A stretch of DNA of 63,062 nt, filler included, from Octopus bimaculoides (Eukaryota), in NCBI RefSeq assembly GCF_001194135.2. It is 7 parts of 6 records of this genome, joined end to end, with 100 filler letters (N's around TTAATTAATTAA, not from the genome) between each part and the next. Parts side by side here need not be neighbours in the genome. Positions count along the whole stretch, not along the records: positions 30,047 to 40,625 come from NC_068985.1; positions 40,726 to 49,782 come from NC_068984.1; positions 49,883 to 54,343 come from NC_068985.1; 4 more parts are not named here. One strand, written 5' to 3'. This document shows, one piece after another, positions 38,375 to 51,847 of the stretch. The position numbers were made by a program, and so were the translations under genes. Within the stretch, counting starts at the first letter, position 1, and every line of letters starts with the position of its first letter. A model generated the notes under the pieces. That model did not search any database. It saw only the letters and a program-made list of their open reading frames with translations, and was not told the origin of the DNA.

Positions 38375-38952
38375 GTATACATGTATACACATACATATTT
38401 ACATATACATATGCACTTTCAATATTTCTATAGAATACTGAGTTTTCTTTTCCTTTTCACAATATTTCTTGCATTCATCGAAAATATGAATAAAAATTGG
38501 AATTACATTTATTGGAACTTTATATCCGACGATATGCTTTAGGACATCAAACGGAGTTGTAAACTCTTCTCACGGTACTCTATAAACTGGGTGCATCGAA
38601 AACAGTATTGTTATTTCTTTGAAAGGAAAAAAAAAATATGATATGAATGTCATTCACTCAATGCTTTATAAAATTATCAAATATATTTCAAAATGAATTA
38701 TTTTAGTTTCAGACAATAACTTTATCTTGCCCCAATTCTATGACGAATGAAATATAATATCACTGCAGAAAGTAAGTTATAATTCGAGAATGAATAGTTA
38801 CGTATCACTTTCGAAATTCTCTATTTAATATGAAGAATATGTTAATAATATTTCTAATAGAAATCAATCCAAAACCAAGTAGATATACACTTACCCATAA
38901 ATATATATATATATATATAGACGCATGATACATGTACATATATATACATATG

Positions 38953-38989
<37 letters not shown>

Positions 38990-39358
38990 NNNNNNNNNNN
39001 NNNNNNNNNNNNNNNNNNNNNNNNNNNNNNNNNNNNNNNNNNNNNNNNNNNNNNNNNNNNNNNNNNNNNNNNNNNNNNNNNNNNNNNNNNNNNNNNNNNN
39101 NNNNNNNNNNNNNNNNNNNNNNNNNNNNNNNNNNNNNNNNNNNNNNNNNNNNNNNNNNNNNNNNNNNNNNNNNNNNNNNNNNNNNNNNNNNNNNNNNNNN
39201 NNNNNNNNNNNNNNNNNNNNNNNNNNNNNNNNNNNNNNNNNNNNNNNNNNNNNNNNNNNNNNNNNNNNNNNNNNNNNNNNNNNNATATATATATATATAT
39301 TTATATATAAAAATATATTTATATACACATATATATATATACGCAGTAACCTTTCTCC

Positions 39359-39442
39359 ATATCGCGGTTCACCTACCGCGATTCGCCTATCACGGTTCAC
39401 CTATCGCAGTTCACCTATCGTGGTTTCCCTATCGCGGTTTAT
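39359..39442. repeat. Six tandem 14-bp units, consensus CTATCGCGGTTCAC; related partial copy at ~39557-39577
   Basis: Units start at 39359, 39373, 39387, 39401, 39415 and 39429. Possibly the subterminal repeats of a pogo/Tigger-like MITE (inference). Confidence 0.85.
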
Positions 39443-40190
39443 TAGTTCAGCTTACGTCGATTCCTCTGTGGTGTTACTTTGTATTTATAAAAAATATATA
39501 TAAATACAAATTACAAAGATAATTAAAAAAATATAGACTACAGGACAGTTTCTACTTCACGGATCACCTATCGTGGGGATTTGGAAAGTCAAGCCCGTAA
39601 AATGGATGGGTTATTTCATATATATCCTGGGTATAATAATAAACTGCATCCAGTGGCAAGGCTCCAGTTTGGTAGTTTGCAGCTGTAGGAAATATGGAGT
39701 TACCCCTTCGTTGTCATCACTCCCAATACTTCTCTGGTCCAGAGTAGTAGTAGTACGTGTTAGGGCCCCAATTATGGGTTACATAATTATATTACTCGAG
39801 TGACACCAGTAAAGTATTATCACCCTCCTTTCTCCACGACACCGGGACCTCACTTTGTCACGACAAACACGTGCATATTATCGAAACAGCCCCGCGTAGA
39901 AATATTAATCCGACTTATCTTCGATCTATACATGCAAATATTTGTATGTAGACATGCGAATTTGTTTTGTACGAGTATATATAATTATTTGTGTTTACAT
40001 CTCTCGGGTATTGCGTTGACGAAGGAAAAAAAAAACCTGTTTTCGGCTTTGATATAGCAACTGGACCCAATTCCCGATTAATGTGAAGCTCGCCTAGAAT
40101 TCGTGTATATTTTTGGAGTTTCTCTGTAGTATCGGAATACCTCGGCATTCAAACATGTTGGAGATTTTTTGCCCTTGCGCCCTTAATATA

Positions 40191-40236
<46 letters not shown>

Positions 40237-40257
40237 NNNNNNNNNNNNNNNNNNNNN

Positions 40258-40292
<35 letters not shown>

Positions 40293-41860
40293 TCAGTAAA
40301 TAGTGGGGTTATGTTAACCGCACGTGGAGAAATAATAGGAAAATGTAAATAAGCCAGAATGCTGAACTGGGAGCATAATTTAATTAAGATTTTTCCTAAC
40401 CGGTTTTCATTGCGATGAAGCAAATTATCAAGAAGGAGAATGAAAATGTTTTTTTACAAAGAAGTACAAAAAAGTACAAAATGAAGAAAATAATATATAA
40501 AACAATAATATATAAAAAAAATAAATATACCCATACATTATATTGTCTTTGAGCTTTTGTAGTTCAATAGTAGTTCATGTATAAATTGGTAGGAAAAATA
40601 AGGATGCATGAGAGTTGAGTTTTGTNNNNNNNNNNNNNNNNNNNNNNNNNNNNNNNNNNNNNNNNNNNNTTAATTAATTAANNNNNNNNNNNNNNNNNNN
40701 NNNNNNNNNNNNNNNNNNNNNNNNNTATGAATATTAGTAAAAAGATATAAAATAAGAGGTATGTATATGGCTGCAGCTCTGTAGCTGAAACTAGTTAAAG
40801 ATTTATTTCAATGTGATATATATATATAAGCCGTATTTAGTGACTGACACACATAAACACGATCAATTATCTGGACAACCTGTCAAAAGCATCTTTTACA
40901 AAAAAGATTTCAAGTTGCGAATATGTAAATGAAACAGGCCGGAACAAACATAAAATGGCTATTCACTCTTTATTCATATTGTATTTTTCCCTCTTATCCA
41001 GGAGCCGCAGGAGAAATGTCCGAAGAAATAAGGTTTTCTGGTAACATATTTGAATCATTTGATCAATATTGAGAGCCGCATTTTTTTGTACATACCTTTG
41101 TCACAAGAGGAAGCGCAGTAGCCTAAGATCCTTTGGAATCCTGAGTGATTGATAGGACGTAGTTATACTCAGGTTGTTGGTGGTTGGGAGGGATTGTACC
41201 AACGTTGTTGCCATTGTTGTAGCTTTTTGTTGTTGTTGTTGTTAGTGGTGTTGTTCATCCTAAATTGATCTTATCTCTTCAGGCTTATGGCGTTTCAAAC
41301 ATGTTTATCACAGTCTTTTCTTTTAGAAGTTTCCTATCAAAGTTTACATTATTCAATATGTTCATACATTTTCTCTTCTGCACGGAGTATAGAATCTTCC
41401 TCGTTAGCTCACTGTGGTAACAATGCTTTGCAGGCAGCTATTTCAACAGTGAGCTTAAATTTCGGGATTCAAGCAAATAAGGTCCTTAAATACTAAAACA
41501 TCAAGGTCGCGTCAGTGATATCGCTATCGTGTACAAACAGTATTTGAAGAAAAATATGTACTTACTAAAGCAAACACAGATCTATGATCCGGTTGTGTGT
41601 ACAATCACAAATGGCCAACTCTCTAACCGAATTTTGGTCGGTAGAGTCAAAAATGACACTTTAGACTTGTTATTGAGATGTTCAAGATGTTTAATTCTTA
41701 CATGTATTCACCTGATGAAAACATTTACTTTTGCATGATGTAATGCTTCTGTTCATCAATAAAAACATTTCTGAAACAGCTGTAATGAACCACAATCCAT
41801 CTGTTGTTTTTTGTTCATTCATACATACATACATACATACATACATACATACATACATAC

Positions 41861-41908
<48 letters not shown>

Positions 41909-43721
41909 CTATACATTCGCACTTGCATGTATGCACATAGATACATACAACATGCCTGCCTGCATGCATGCATACATACATACATACATATATACATACA
42001 TACACACAGCCACCATAATCATTCTATAATTTTCACATTACCGTTTTGCTGAATCAGCTGTTGATTCATATAGTAAATTCTATAAATATTGACAATTCAG
42101 TTTCACCACCAGCGATGGAGTAGCATCATCGATGAGCATTAGTTTCATGCGAAATTAGTGTGCTAATCTGATGCCCTCGCTTGCTGTGGGGAGGCTGTCT
42201 CCTTTGTCAGTACATAGAACTGTGTTTTGTTAGTGGCTAAAGAGTCTTTGACTCTTGTTTCTAGCAATGCTGGTGCTGCTCTACAACCTTAGTCACTATT
42301 AGTGACGGTGAATTTTTTCATTAGCCACCTTAATCATATATATATAAAATAGTAACTATCGACTTTTGTCCCGGACCTATAGGTTTCCAACAAACATTGC
42401 ATCGTCATCAGCGAAGAAGATAGACATAGATTGTACAGCAGTTCTATTTATAGGTACGGACTGTACTGTCTCATATGAAACTTGAGGTGGCAGTGAAACT
42501 GCTTTATGAAATATTGTTCTGTTCAGCGTATGAATATTTTGTGAAGAACATGGGAAGTGCCGAATTCGCCCTATTATGTGTTTGTGTATTTTGCTCTATA
42601 CATAGAACAGGGCTCGTTTCATCAATGGAAACTGGGAACTAAATACAGAAATTACTCAATAAATCTCCGTGTGTATCTTTGTTTTCAGGAACATAGAAGA
42701 GCAACAACCAAAATAAAAACACAATCTAACAGATGCATATAATATACTTAATAAAAATACATACACACACGCACACATATACCCCAGCCCACACATATCA
42801 GTTACGTATATTTCTCATTCTATCTCAAAATATCACAGAGTGAACGATGCATGAAGCGAAGCCAAATTAATATAATCTATTATACGTGTAAAAATTTACA
42901 CGGAAAATTCTTTTAGAAATGCGATATTAATATTAAAGACATTTTTATTTTTTATTACGTTTTTTGCTCTTTGTTCCTAAAAATCATTTAAGTGCATTTC
43001 TAACCAAATGTAATACACATTGAGAAATACCCGTATTTAGCTCCCAACTTTATTTGGTGAAACGCGCCCTCGTGTCTGCTTAGAATGCATTATATTTACA
43101 CGAGGTTGGCATTTTTCATGTTTATCAACATAGCTTCACAACAGATCCTTTTTGCCGAGCGAAAAAGTTCACAAAACAATAATTTCACCATCATTGCAGT
43201 CATTGAAAGCATACAACTACCCAGTGCATAAATCTATATAGAACAATTCTATGATACAACCCTCATTTTGCTCGTTGATGACGATACGAAGATCTGTGTC
43301 CCTTGCAGCTGGCAAAGTTAATGTTTATATTGATATTTCATATCCATATACTCTACATTGTGTACACGTGTATTTACATTTATATTAGATAAAACTATTG
43401 TGTAATTTAATATTGTATTATTGTGCACACATATATTTACATCGATATTACGTTATTACTGTGGCTCTGCGTCATGCATCGAGCACTCTGATGTAACATG
43501 AATATATATCTAAAGGTATAATGGAAAGTTCTCTTAATCGAATGATTTCAGCCATTTTCCCTCCCCTGTTTTTTTCCTCTTCTTGTCTAACCTTTCTTCT
43601 AGAAGAAGAGTGAATAAAAGATATTTCCTCCTTTTTATTTTTTTTTCATTTCCTGAGCGTCAGCCCTAGCACACTCCCTGTTTGCTTTTAAACCTCATCT
43701 TCAGGTTGCATTATTTTTTTG

Positions 43722-43772
<51 letters not shown>

Positions 43773-45357
43773 CATACATGTGTGTATATGCATACACACA
43801 CATACACACATATATATATACATACATGTATGCATATATATATATATGTGCATACATATACNNNNNNNNNNNNNNNNNNNNNNNNNNNNNNNNNNNNNNN
43901 NNNNNNNNNNNNNNNNNNNNNNNNNNNNNNNNNNNNNNNNNNNNNNNNNNNNNNNNNNNNNNNNNNNNNNNNNNNNNNNNNNNNNNNNNNNNNNNNNNNN
44001 NNNNNNNNNNNNNNNNNNNNNNNNNNNNNNNNNNNNNNNNNNNNNNNNNNNNNNNNNNNNNNNNNNNNNNNNNNNNNNNNNNNNNNNNNNNNNNNNNNNN
44101 NNNNNNNNNNNNNNNNNNNNNNNNNNNNNNNNNNNNNNNNNNNNNNNNNNNNNNNNNNNNNNNNNNNNNNNNNNNNNNNNNNNNNNNNNNNNNNNNNNNN
44201 NNNNNNNNNNNNNNNNNNNNNNNNNNNNNNNNNNNNNNNNNNNNNNNNNNNNNNNNNNNNNNNNNNNNNNNNNNNNNNNNNNNNNNNNNNNNNNNNNNNN
44301 NNNNNNNNNNNNNNNNNNNNNNNNNNNNNNNNNNNNNNNNNNNNNNNNNNNNNNNNNNNNNNNNNNNNNNNNNNNNNNNNNNNNNNNNNNNNNNNNNNNN
44401 NNNNNNNNNNNNNNNNNNNNNNNNNNNNNNNNNNNNNNNNNNNNNNNNNNNNNNNNNNNNNNNNNNNNNNNNNNNNNNNNNNNNNNNNNNNNNNNNNAAA
44501 AGGTGAAAACAAGCAATGTTAATTCTCTAAATGAAGTATTAACAGTAACTGCACGATAAAGTGTAGTATATTGCCACTTAAGTGTGGCTGACCCCTAGGG
44601 GTGGATGTTACTGTTGCTTTTAGCCCCAGGAGGACATCTCCTCCAGCTGGCTTATCGACACACGACTGTGTCCTGTTTGCCAAGGGAAGTTATCCCTCTC
44701 ACCTCGATCTGCAGCACGAACGTATCCGGATTTCAGGGTTATTTCCCTTCGTCGGCGTCCGACAGCTGATGACCTTGGTGAGAGAGACAAAAACCTGGCA
44801 AACTTATAGAGAGAGTAGGTATATCTTCCACCCGTCTTCTCTACTCCTCCATCTATATCTCAAACGAGACGTGCACACATATATTTCTGTACATACAAAT
44901 GGCGTACTAATACAGCTAAATCAATACCAAATGTACATAGCAACTAATGTATTTCACTTCATTTTCGTTTTGTCTGCTCAAGTCGAGAGTTTTGTCGCTT
45001 TCCATTTCCTCATATGCAGCTAAACTCTGCAATCTCATAATTCTGAATCGTTTACCTAAATATATGCAGCTGACATAGAAATGAATACACAGCCTGCAGT
45101 CTCTAGAGGAAGCTGATATGACTTATGCTAGATCATCCACAAAGTAAAAGACACCGTCCTATGGAGCATGACCCCCTCTGCTTTAGTCTTGGTTGCACTC
45201 CGATATCATTTCTAGTATAAAAGCTTGGTTTATATTCTCAAACTATGTTCCTGTTAAACTTCACCTTTATATTGGAGATCAGTTCAGATGATACGTTGAT
45301 CGCATAAAATTTATTGATCTAATAAAAGAAAAATCTACACAAATGTTTTATAGGATC

Positions 45358-45750
45358 AGGCGTGGCTGTGTAGTTAAGAAGCTCACTTGACAATCATATG
45401 CCTTCAGGTTATGTTCCACTGTACGACTCCTCGAGCAACTGTCTTCTACAATAGCACCAAACCGACAAATAACTTGCGAGTGAATTTGGAAGACAGAAAC
45501 TGTGATATACACAGAAACTGTGTATATATGTGTGTGCTTTTGCGTTTGTCTTGTGTGTGTCCTCTTATCGATTGTGAAATGGCGGTTCGTTTGCTTGCGG
45601 TCCTGTAACTTAGAGGTTGATAGAAATATTCAATAGAGTAAGTAAGGACTAGACTCTAAAGAAATAAGTACTGGAGTCGATTTGCTCGACTAAACCTATG
45701 AATGCGGTGCTCCAGCCTGGCCACAGTCCAGTAACTAAAACAAGTAAAAG
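45358..45750 (+). mobile_element. Full-length SINE family B
   Basis: Head aggcgtggctgtgtagttaagaagctc; 3' end gcggtgctccagcctggccacagtcc...aacaagtaaaag. Confidence 0.8.
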
Positions 45751-46177
45751 GTATAAATATAAATAAAATTTATACGAAAATACAAATGTGTATTGTAGAA
45801 GTGACTCCCTTACGGTATATGGTTTCGTCCCTTTATTTTCTATGTTCAAATCCAGTCAGAGTTCTTTTTGTCCTTCGCCCATCCTAGGTAAACTAAAGAA
45901 ATACCAGGAGTATAATATGAATGATTCAATGAGCTATATCACTATATTATAAATGTATCACTATAAACCTATGTTTATGGTAATTATTAAAAGAAAATGA
46001 AAGGTTAATTAATGCAAGAACAAATTGCAATTAACGCGGCTTCAATTTTATTACTATTTTATGGCGCTGAAGATCTCTATGGATTTGCTAGATGCGTTTA
46101 TGGAAATTACAGGGGCTTTAAGACTAATATCTTTTAATGCAACAGGCGAAAATAGCAACTCGCGTGTGTTATTTTGA

Positions 46178-46246
<69 letters not shown>

Positions 46247-46976
46247 NNNNNNNNNNNNNNNNNNNNNNNNNNNNNNNNNNNNNNNNNNNNNNNNNNNTTG
46301 CATTAAGAACTATTATTCTTAAAATCCCAGTAATTTCCATAAACGATCCAGCAAATCCTTCGAGACTTTCAATCTCACAAAATTACGATAAAATTGAAAC
46401 CGCGTTAAATGTATATATACATGTATGTATGTATGTATGTATTTATGTATGTATGTATGTATGTATGTATGTATGTATGTATGTACGTAATTGAGGAACA
46501 CCAATCTCAGTTTAATAGACATCTAAAGTCAAACCTGTCCACGCTCTGAACCAATGTCTGTAACCTTCACTCTTAGTATGATCCATGACACCCTTTCTTT
46601 TTGAACGCCCGAGAACCTCTGCATAGTTGTCTAACAAACTAGAGTTAGCAACAGATGATTGCTGTTGGAATATTTTTGATGTGCGATCAGGGCTGACTCG
46701 GAACGAGACAATAACAACAATAACAACAACAAAAAATAACAACATGCAAACAACATTTTATTATTGTTAAAGACAAATATATCTCATTCTCTATTATCAA
46801 CTCATCTCCGCAGATCTATCTACATACAATATTCTACAATAGCCACATCTAAAAAAAATGTCATAGTTTATTGATACCACGCTAAAACCATTGGCCTAAA
46901 TACGATCTATTTTATCTCTCTATCACATCTACCAAGTCTATAAGTCAATCTTCTTCCGACATTATAATTCTTTCTA

Positions 46977-47410
46977 AAGGCGGCGAGCTGGCAGAATCGG
47001 TAGCATGCCGGGGGAAGTGCTTAGCGATATTTCGTCTGCCTCTACGTCCTGAGTTTAAATTCCGCCGAGGTCGACTTTGTCTTTCACCCTTTCGGGGTCG
47101 ATAAATTAAGTACCAGTTGAATATTGGAGTCAATGTGATCGACTGCAACCTCCCCACAAAATCCAGGCCTTGTGCCTATGGTAGAAAGGATTATAATTCT
47201 TTCTATTATAGGCACAAGGTCTGAAATGTCACAAGAGGGCATAAGCAGATTACAACGCCCCAGTACTCAACTGGTACTTGTTTTATCAAATACGAAAGGA
47301 TGGAAATCAATGTCAATCTCAGCGGAATTTGAACCCAGAACACAAAGACGGACAAAATGTTACTAAGCATTTTGTCCGCTGCGGTAAGGATTCTGTCAGC
47401 TTGCCGCCTT
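46977..47410. mobile_element. Tail-to-tail inverted pair of family A SINEs (+ 46977-~47194, - ~47206-47410)
   Basis: The + copy starts aaggcggcgagctggcagaa; the - copy ends ttctgtcagcttgccgcctt. The tails are separated by ~10 nt. Confidence 0.85.
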
Positions 47411-47584
47411 ATCTTATTCCCAAACGATAAGTTGCATATCACCTCGACCTCCACCTCGGCCTACCTCGACATGTTCACTCCCCTTCGTCACTCCCCTTCG
47501 TCACTCCTCTTCGTCACTCCTCTTCGTTACATTTCTATTAAACTTCATCCTCCTATTAAACTTCAAAAACAGAAAGCGCTTTAT

Positions 47585-47790
47585 TCGGCGCGTGCTCTAA
47601 TGGTAGGGGCGTTGCACTCACGATCGCAAAATCGTGGTTTCGATTCCCGGACCGGGCTGTGCGTTTTATTCTTGTGCTAAATACTTCATTTCACATTGCT
47701 CCAATCCACTCAATTGTAAATAACTAACCTTGCCACGGACCATCGTCCGGTCCAGGGGGAATGTTGTGACCTCGGTAACATATGCTTAAT
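47585..47790 (+). mobile_element. tRNA-derived SINE, family C
   Basis: tRNA-like head ggcgcgtgctctaatggtaggg...gtttcgattcccggaccggg followed by the cttgtgctaaatacttcatttcac body. Confidence 0.65.
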
Positions 47791-48015
47791 GGAAACCTGG
47801 TAACCTGCCCTACGAATCATTAGGCTCAGGGCAGTAGTTTAAAGCCTCCAGAATTATTGCATTTAGTTATTTCTTTCCTATCCATGCGTGGACTTTCAGG
47901 AATTCAAAACTTGACAAATTACTTGCATTGATCTCAGCCGTCTGCAAACATAATGGTAATGTCTCCGCCGCTTCATTGTCGGATTAATTGATAATACACT
48001 CGCACGCACGCACAC

Positions 48016-48105
48016 ATACCTACCTACATACATACCTACATACCTACCTACCTACCTACCTACCTACCTACCTACCTACCTACCTACATACATACATACA
48101 TACAA
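48016..48105. repeat. (TACC)n / (TACA)n microsatellite
   Basis: Read directly from the sequence. Confidence 0.95.
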
Positions 48106-49294
48106 GCGTACACATGCGTGTATGTGTTTGTATTTAAGGAGACATCAATGCACAGCAACCAATATATATATANNNNNNNNNNNNNNNNNNNNNNNNNNNN
48201 NNNNNNNNNNNNNNNNNNNNNNNNNNNNNNNNNNNNNNNNNNNNNNNNNNNNNNNNNNNNNNNNNNNNNNNNNNNNNNNNNNNNNNNNNNNNNNNNNNNN
48301 NNNNNNNNNNNNNNNNNNNNNNNNNNNNNNNNNNNNNNNNNNNNNNNNNNNNNNNNNNNNNNNNNNNNNNNNNNNNNNNNNNNNNNNNNNNNNNNNNNNN
48401 NNNNNNNNNNNNNNNNNNNNNNNNNNNNNNNNNNNNNNNNNNNNNNNNNNNNNNNNNNNNNNNNNNNNNNNNNNNNNNNNNNNNNNNNNNNNNNNNNNNN
48501 NNNNNNNNNNNNNNNNNNNNNNNNNNNNNNNNNNNNNNNNNNNNNNNNNNNNNNNNNNNNNNNNNNNNNNNNNNNNNNNNNNNNNNNNNNNNNNNNNNNN
48601 NNNNNNNNNNNNNNNNNNNNNNNNNNNNNNNNNNNNNNNNNNNNNNNNNNNNNNNNNNNNNNNNNNNNNNNNNNNNNNNNNNNNNNNNNNNNNNNNNNNN
48701 NNNNNNNNNNNNNNNNNNNNNNNNNNNNNNNNNNNNNNNNNNNNNNNNNNNNNNNNNNNNNNNNNNNNNNNNNNNNNNNNNNNNNNNNNNNNNNNNNNNN
48801 NNNNNNNNNNNNNNNNNNNNNNNNNNNNNNNNNNNNNNNNNNNNNNNNNNNNNNNNNNNNNNNNNNNNNNNNNNNNNNNNNNNNNNNNNNNNAAACACCT
48901 AAAGCTCCACGAGGCTCCGGCAGGGGATGGTGGCGAACCCTGCTGTACTCTTTCACCACAACTTTCTCTCACTCTTACTTCCTGTTTATGTTGTGCCTGT
49001 AATTCAAAGGGTCAGCCTTGTCACACTGTGTCACGCTGAATATCTCCGAGAACTACGTTAAGGCTAGACGTGTCTGTGGAGTGCTCAGCCACTTTCACGT
49101 TAATTTCACGAGCAGGCTGTTCCGTTGATTGGATCAGCTGGAACCCTCGACGTCGTAAATCACCTTGGGATTGCACCTAGAGAATTCCACCCCGAGGCAC
49201 AAGTCCGGGCAAGGTTGTTTATGGAAGACCAGCAACCACCCGTGCATACCAGACTCCTCTCTCCACGCCACCAATGTTATCCAAGGGAAAGGCA

Positions 49295-49462
49295 TGTATG
49301 GCTTGGCACCAGTGACGTTGCAACTCATTTCTACAGCTGAGTGAACTGGAACAACGTGAAATAAAGTGTCTTGCTCAAGAAGACAACACACAGCCCGGTC
49401 CGGAAATCGAACTCACTACCTCATGATTGTGAGCCCGACGCTCTAACCACTAAGCCATGCGC
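49295..49462 (-). mobile_element. tRNA-derived SINE, family C, well preserved head
   Basis: Minus strand: gcgcatggcttagtggttagagcgtcgggctcacaatcatgaggtagtgagttcgatttcc (A and B boxes), then cttgagcaagacactttatttcacg...cactcagctg. Confidence 0.85.
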
Positions 49463-49738
49463 CTATAATATATAATTATTTACATTAGCTTGGAGAATAA
49501 CTAGTATCCAGAGTTGCCGTGTGTAATCTCTGAGAGAAACCAACCAAAATGTTTAGCTTATAATATCGTAGGTCACATGGTGTGTATGTTACACATCACG
49601 TTTCATAATTTAACAGTGAACTAATTCCTCTTGTGTTAACTAATTATTGTCTGAATGAGAGAGAAAAAGAGGGGGAGGGGGAGAGAGAGACAGTGAGAGA
49701 GAAGATGGGATAAAGTAATGTTTTTGCTCAGGATAACA

Positions 49739-49782
<44 letters not shown>

Positions 49783-50313
49783 NNNNNNNNNNNNNNNNNN
49801 NNNNNNNNNNNNNNNNNNNNNNNNNNTTAATTAATTAANNNNNNNNNNNNNNNNNNNNNNNNNNNNNNNNNNNNNNNNNNNNATATATATATATATATAA
49901 TATATATATATATAATATATATATATATATAATACATATGTATACAAGTATATATATGCATATTTATACATATACATAAAAGACTTAAGTTTGTTTGCAT
50001 ATTATAAGTGTTGACATATATAAATAACTATTCACGTATAGTATGCAGAAGCGACTGTTGTTTGTAAGAGGAAATGTGTGAGTATGTGTACATATGATTA
50101 TGTGTGTGTGACTGTGCATGTGTATGTACCTGTACGTATGTGCACCTGATTGTATGTTCGCGTTTGTGCTTAGGTGTTCATACACCAATTTAGTAGTGAT
50201 ATATAAATTTTATACTGCTGAATAAAATCGCTAGAACAGCTCTCTCTCCCCCTCACTCTGTGTGTGTATGTGTGTGTGTGTGTGTCTATGCTTTCACACA
50301 CATACACACACAA

Positions 50314-50383
<70 letters not shown>

Positions 50384-51804
50384 ACATGCATACATGTACA
50401 TACGCGCTCGCACATACATTAGATTCCTGAAGAACACCTAATTATAAAGTCTTCTGGAAAAGCCTTTTTATAACCATATAAGCTATTAGAGTGACAATTA
50501 TATTAAAACTATTAGTAAAATGCGGAAGAATAACGTGCCAAAAGCAAATTCCACTGAAGAGAATTGATACTAGATTGTTGACAATGTAAACATAATTATA
50601 AAACCATTAAGCAATTTATTGAGTAAATGGAAAAGGGTACAGCATAGGGAATTAATATTTCACGATATTTTTACACAAACATCGCAAAAGTTAGCTGAAA
50701 GAAATGACGAAAGAAATTATGCTTCCGTTTTTTTATTGTATAGGAATAGGTAGGGGTGGAATACTGATATAGAAGTAACAATAAATGGAAATTTTACTAA
50801 ATGGATCAACAAATACAAAAGTAATAGATACTAACTACTGATATTGCTGTCATAAAAGCCATAAAACTTATAATAGATAACACATATTTTAAATTAGGTA
50901 CGTCCATTTCCCCATAGAAAAATCGAATTTTAATGGAGTTAAATTGCAGTTCTCATCTATCAAAGCTATAGTTATAATTTTTTGAAATTACTAGATTATC
51001 AACAAGAGACATATTAGATACCTAATCTACATCAAATTCGTAATGACTACCATAAAACTGTAATTTATAGTTTTAAAAGTAAATAAATTGAAATATATAT
51101 TCAAATACATTAATGATCTAATCAAAATTAATAATCTATTTTTACACAAAGCGTACAATGAAATGAATATACTTCATACTAAATAAATTATTGGCACTTT
51201 CCGCTTGTGCTCGATCGCCTAAAAACCTCTTTCAAATCATACGCTGGTATCTTACAAATAAGGAAATATCTTCAAACATAATGTAATACAATATATCATG
51301 TGATACAATGTAATCTTGTGTACCTTCTAAAAACACAGGTTTCTCTGAACAGGCTTGTATCGCTGGTCTGTTCAAATAGGATTGATTAGAATAACTAAAC
51401 AACAAAAACAACAACCTTTATTGTAGTAACAACATAACCAGTTACAACTTATCCAGGACTAAATATATTTCAATATATAAATGTCAGTATAAAACTAACT
51501 CGCCAACGTATTTATAATACAATGAGAAAAACGAATTATTATTATTACTTCAATGTAAGAAAAATAACCTTTTTTTGTGCTTTGGTTTTAAGTGAAGAAA
51601 AGATCTGATACAGGGGACTACATTACCGGTCACTAAACCTAGTATATACACTTACACTGCACCTCTTCTGTTAACTCTCCCGCCCGTTCTCTCTTTCTCT
51701 GAATGCCTTTATTCTCTCGCTACAATACAATGGAGAAATCAATCAACCAACAACGGTTTTTGTCGGCTACATATACATGTATGTATGTGTGTGTGTGAGA
51801 GTGT

Positions 51805-51847
<43 letters not shown>

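Noticed and set aside
41002-41040. Possible 39-nt micro-exon with a pyrimidine tract, AG and GTAACA (xAAGEMSEEIRFS)
   Set aside because: No recognisable homology, a weak donor, and it does not continue the caspase sequence; such sites arise by chance in 60 kb.
51232-51414. Minus-strand ORF with IQACSEKP, resembling QACRG
   Set aside because: Wrong strand, no RG, and no preceding GKPKLF motif.
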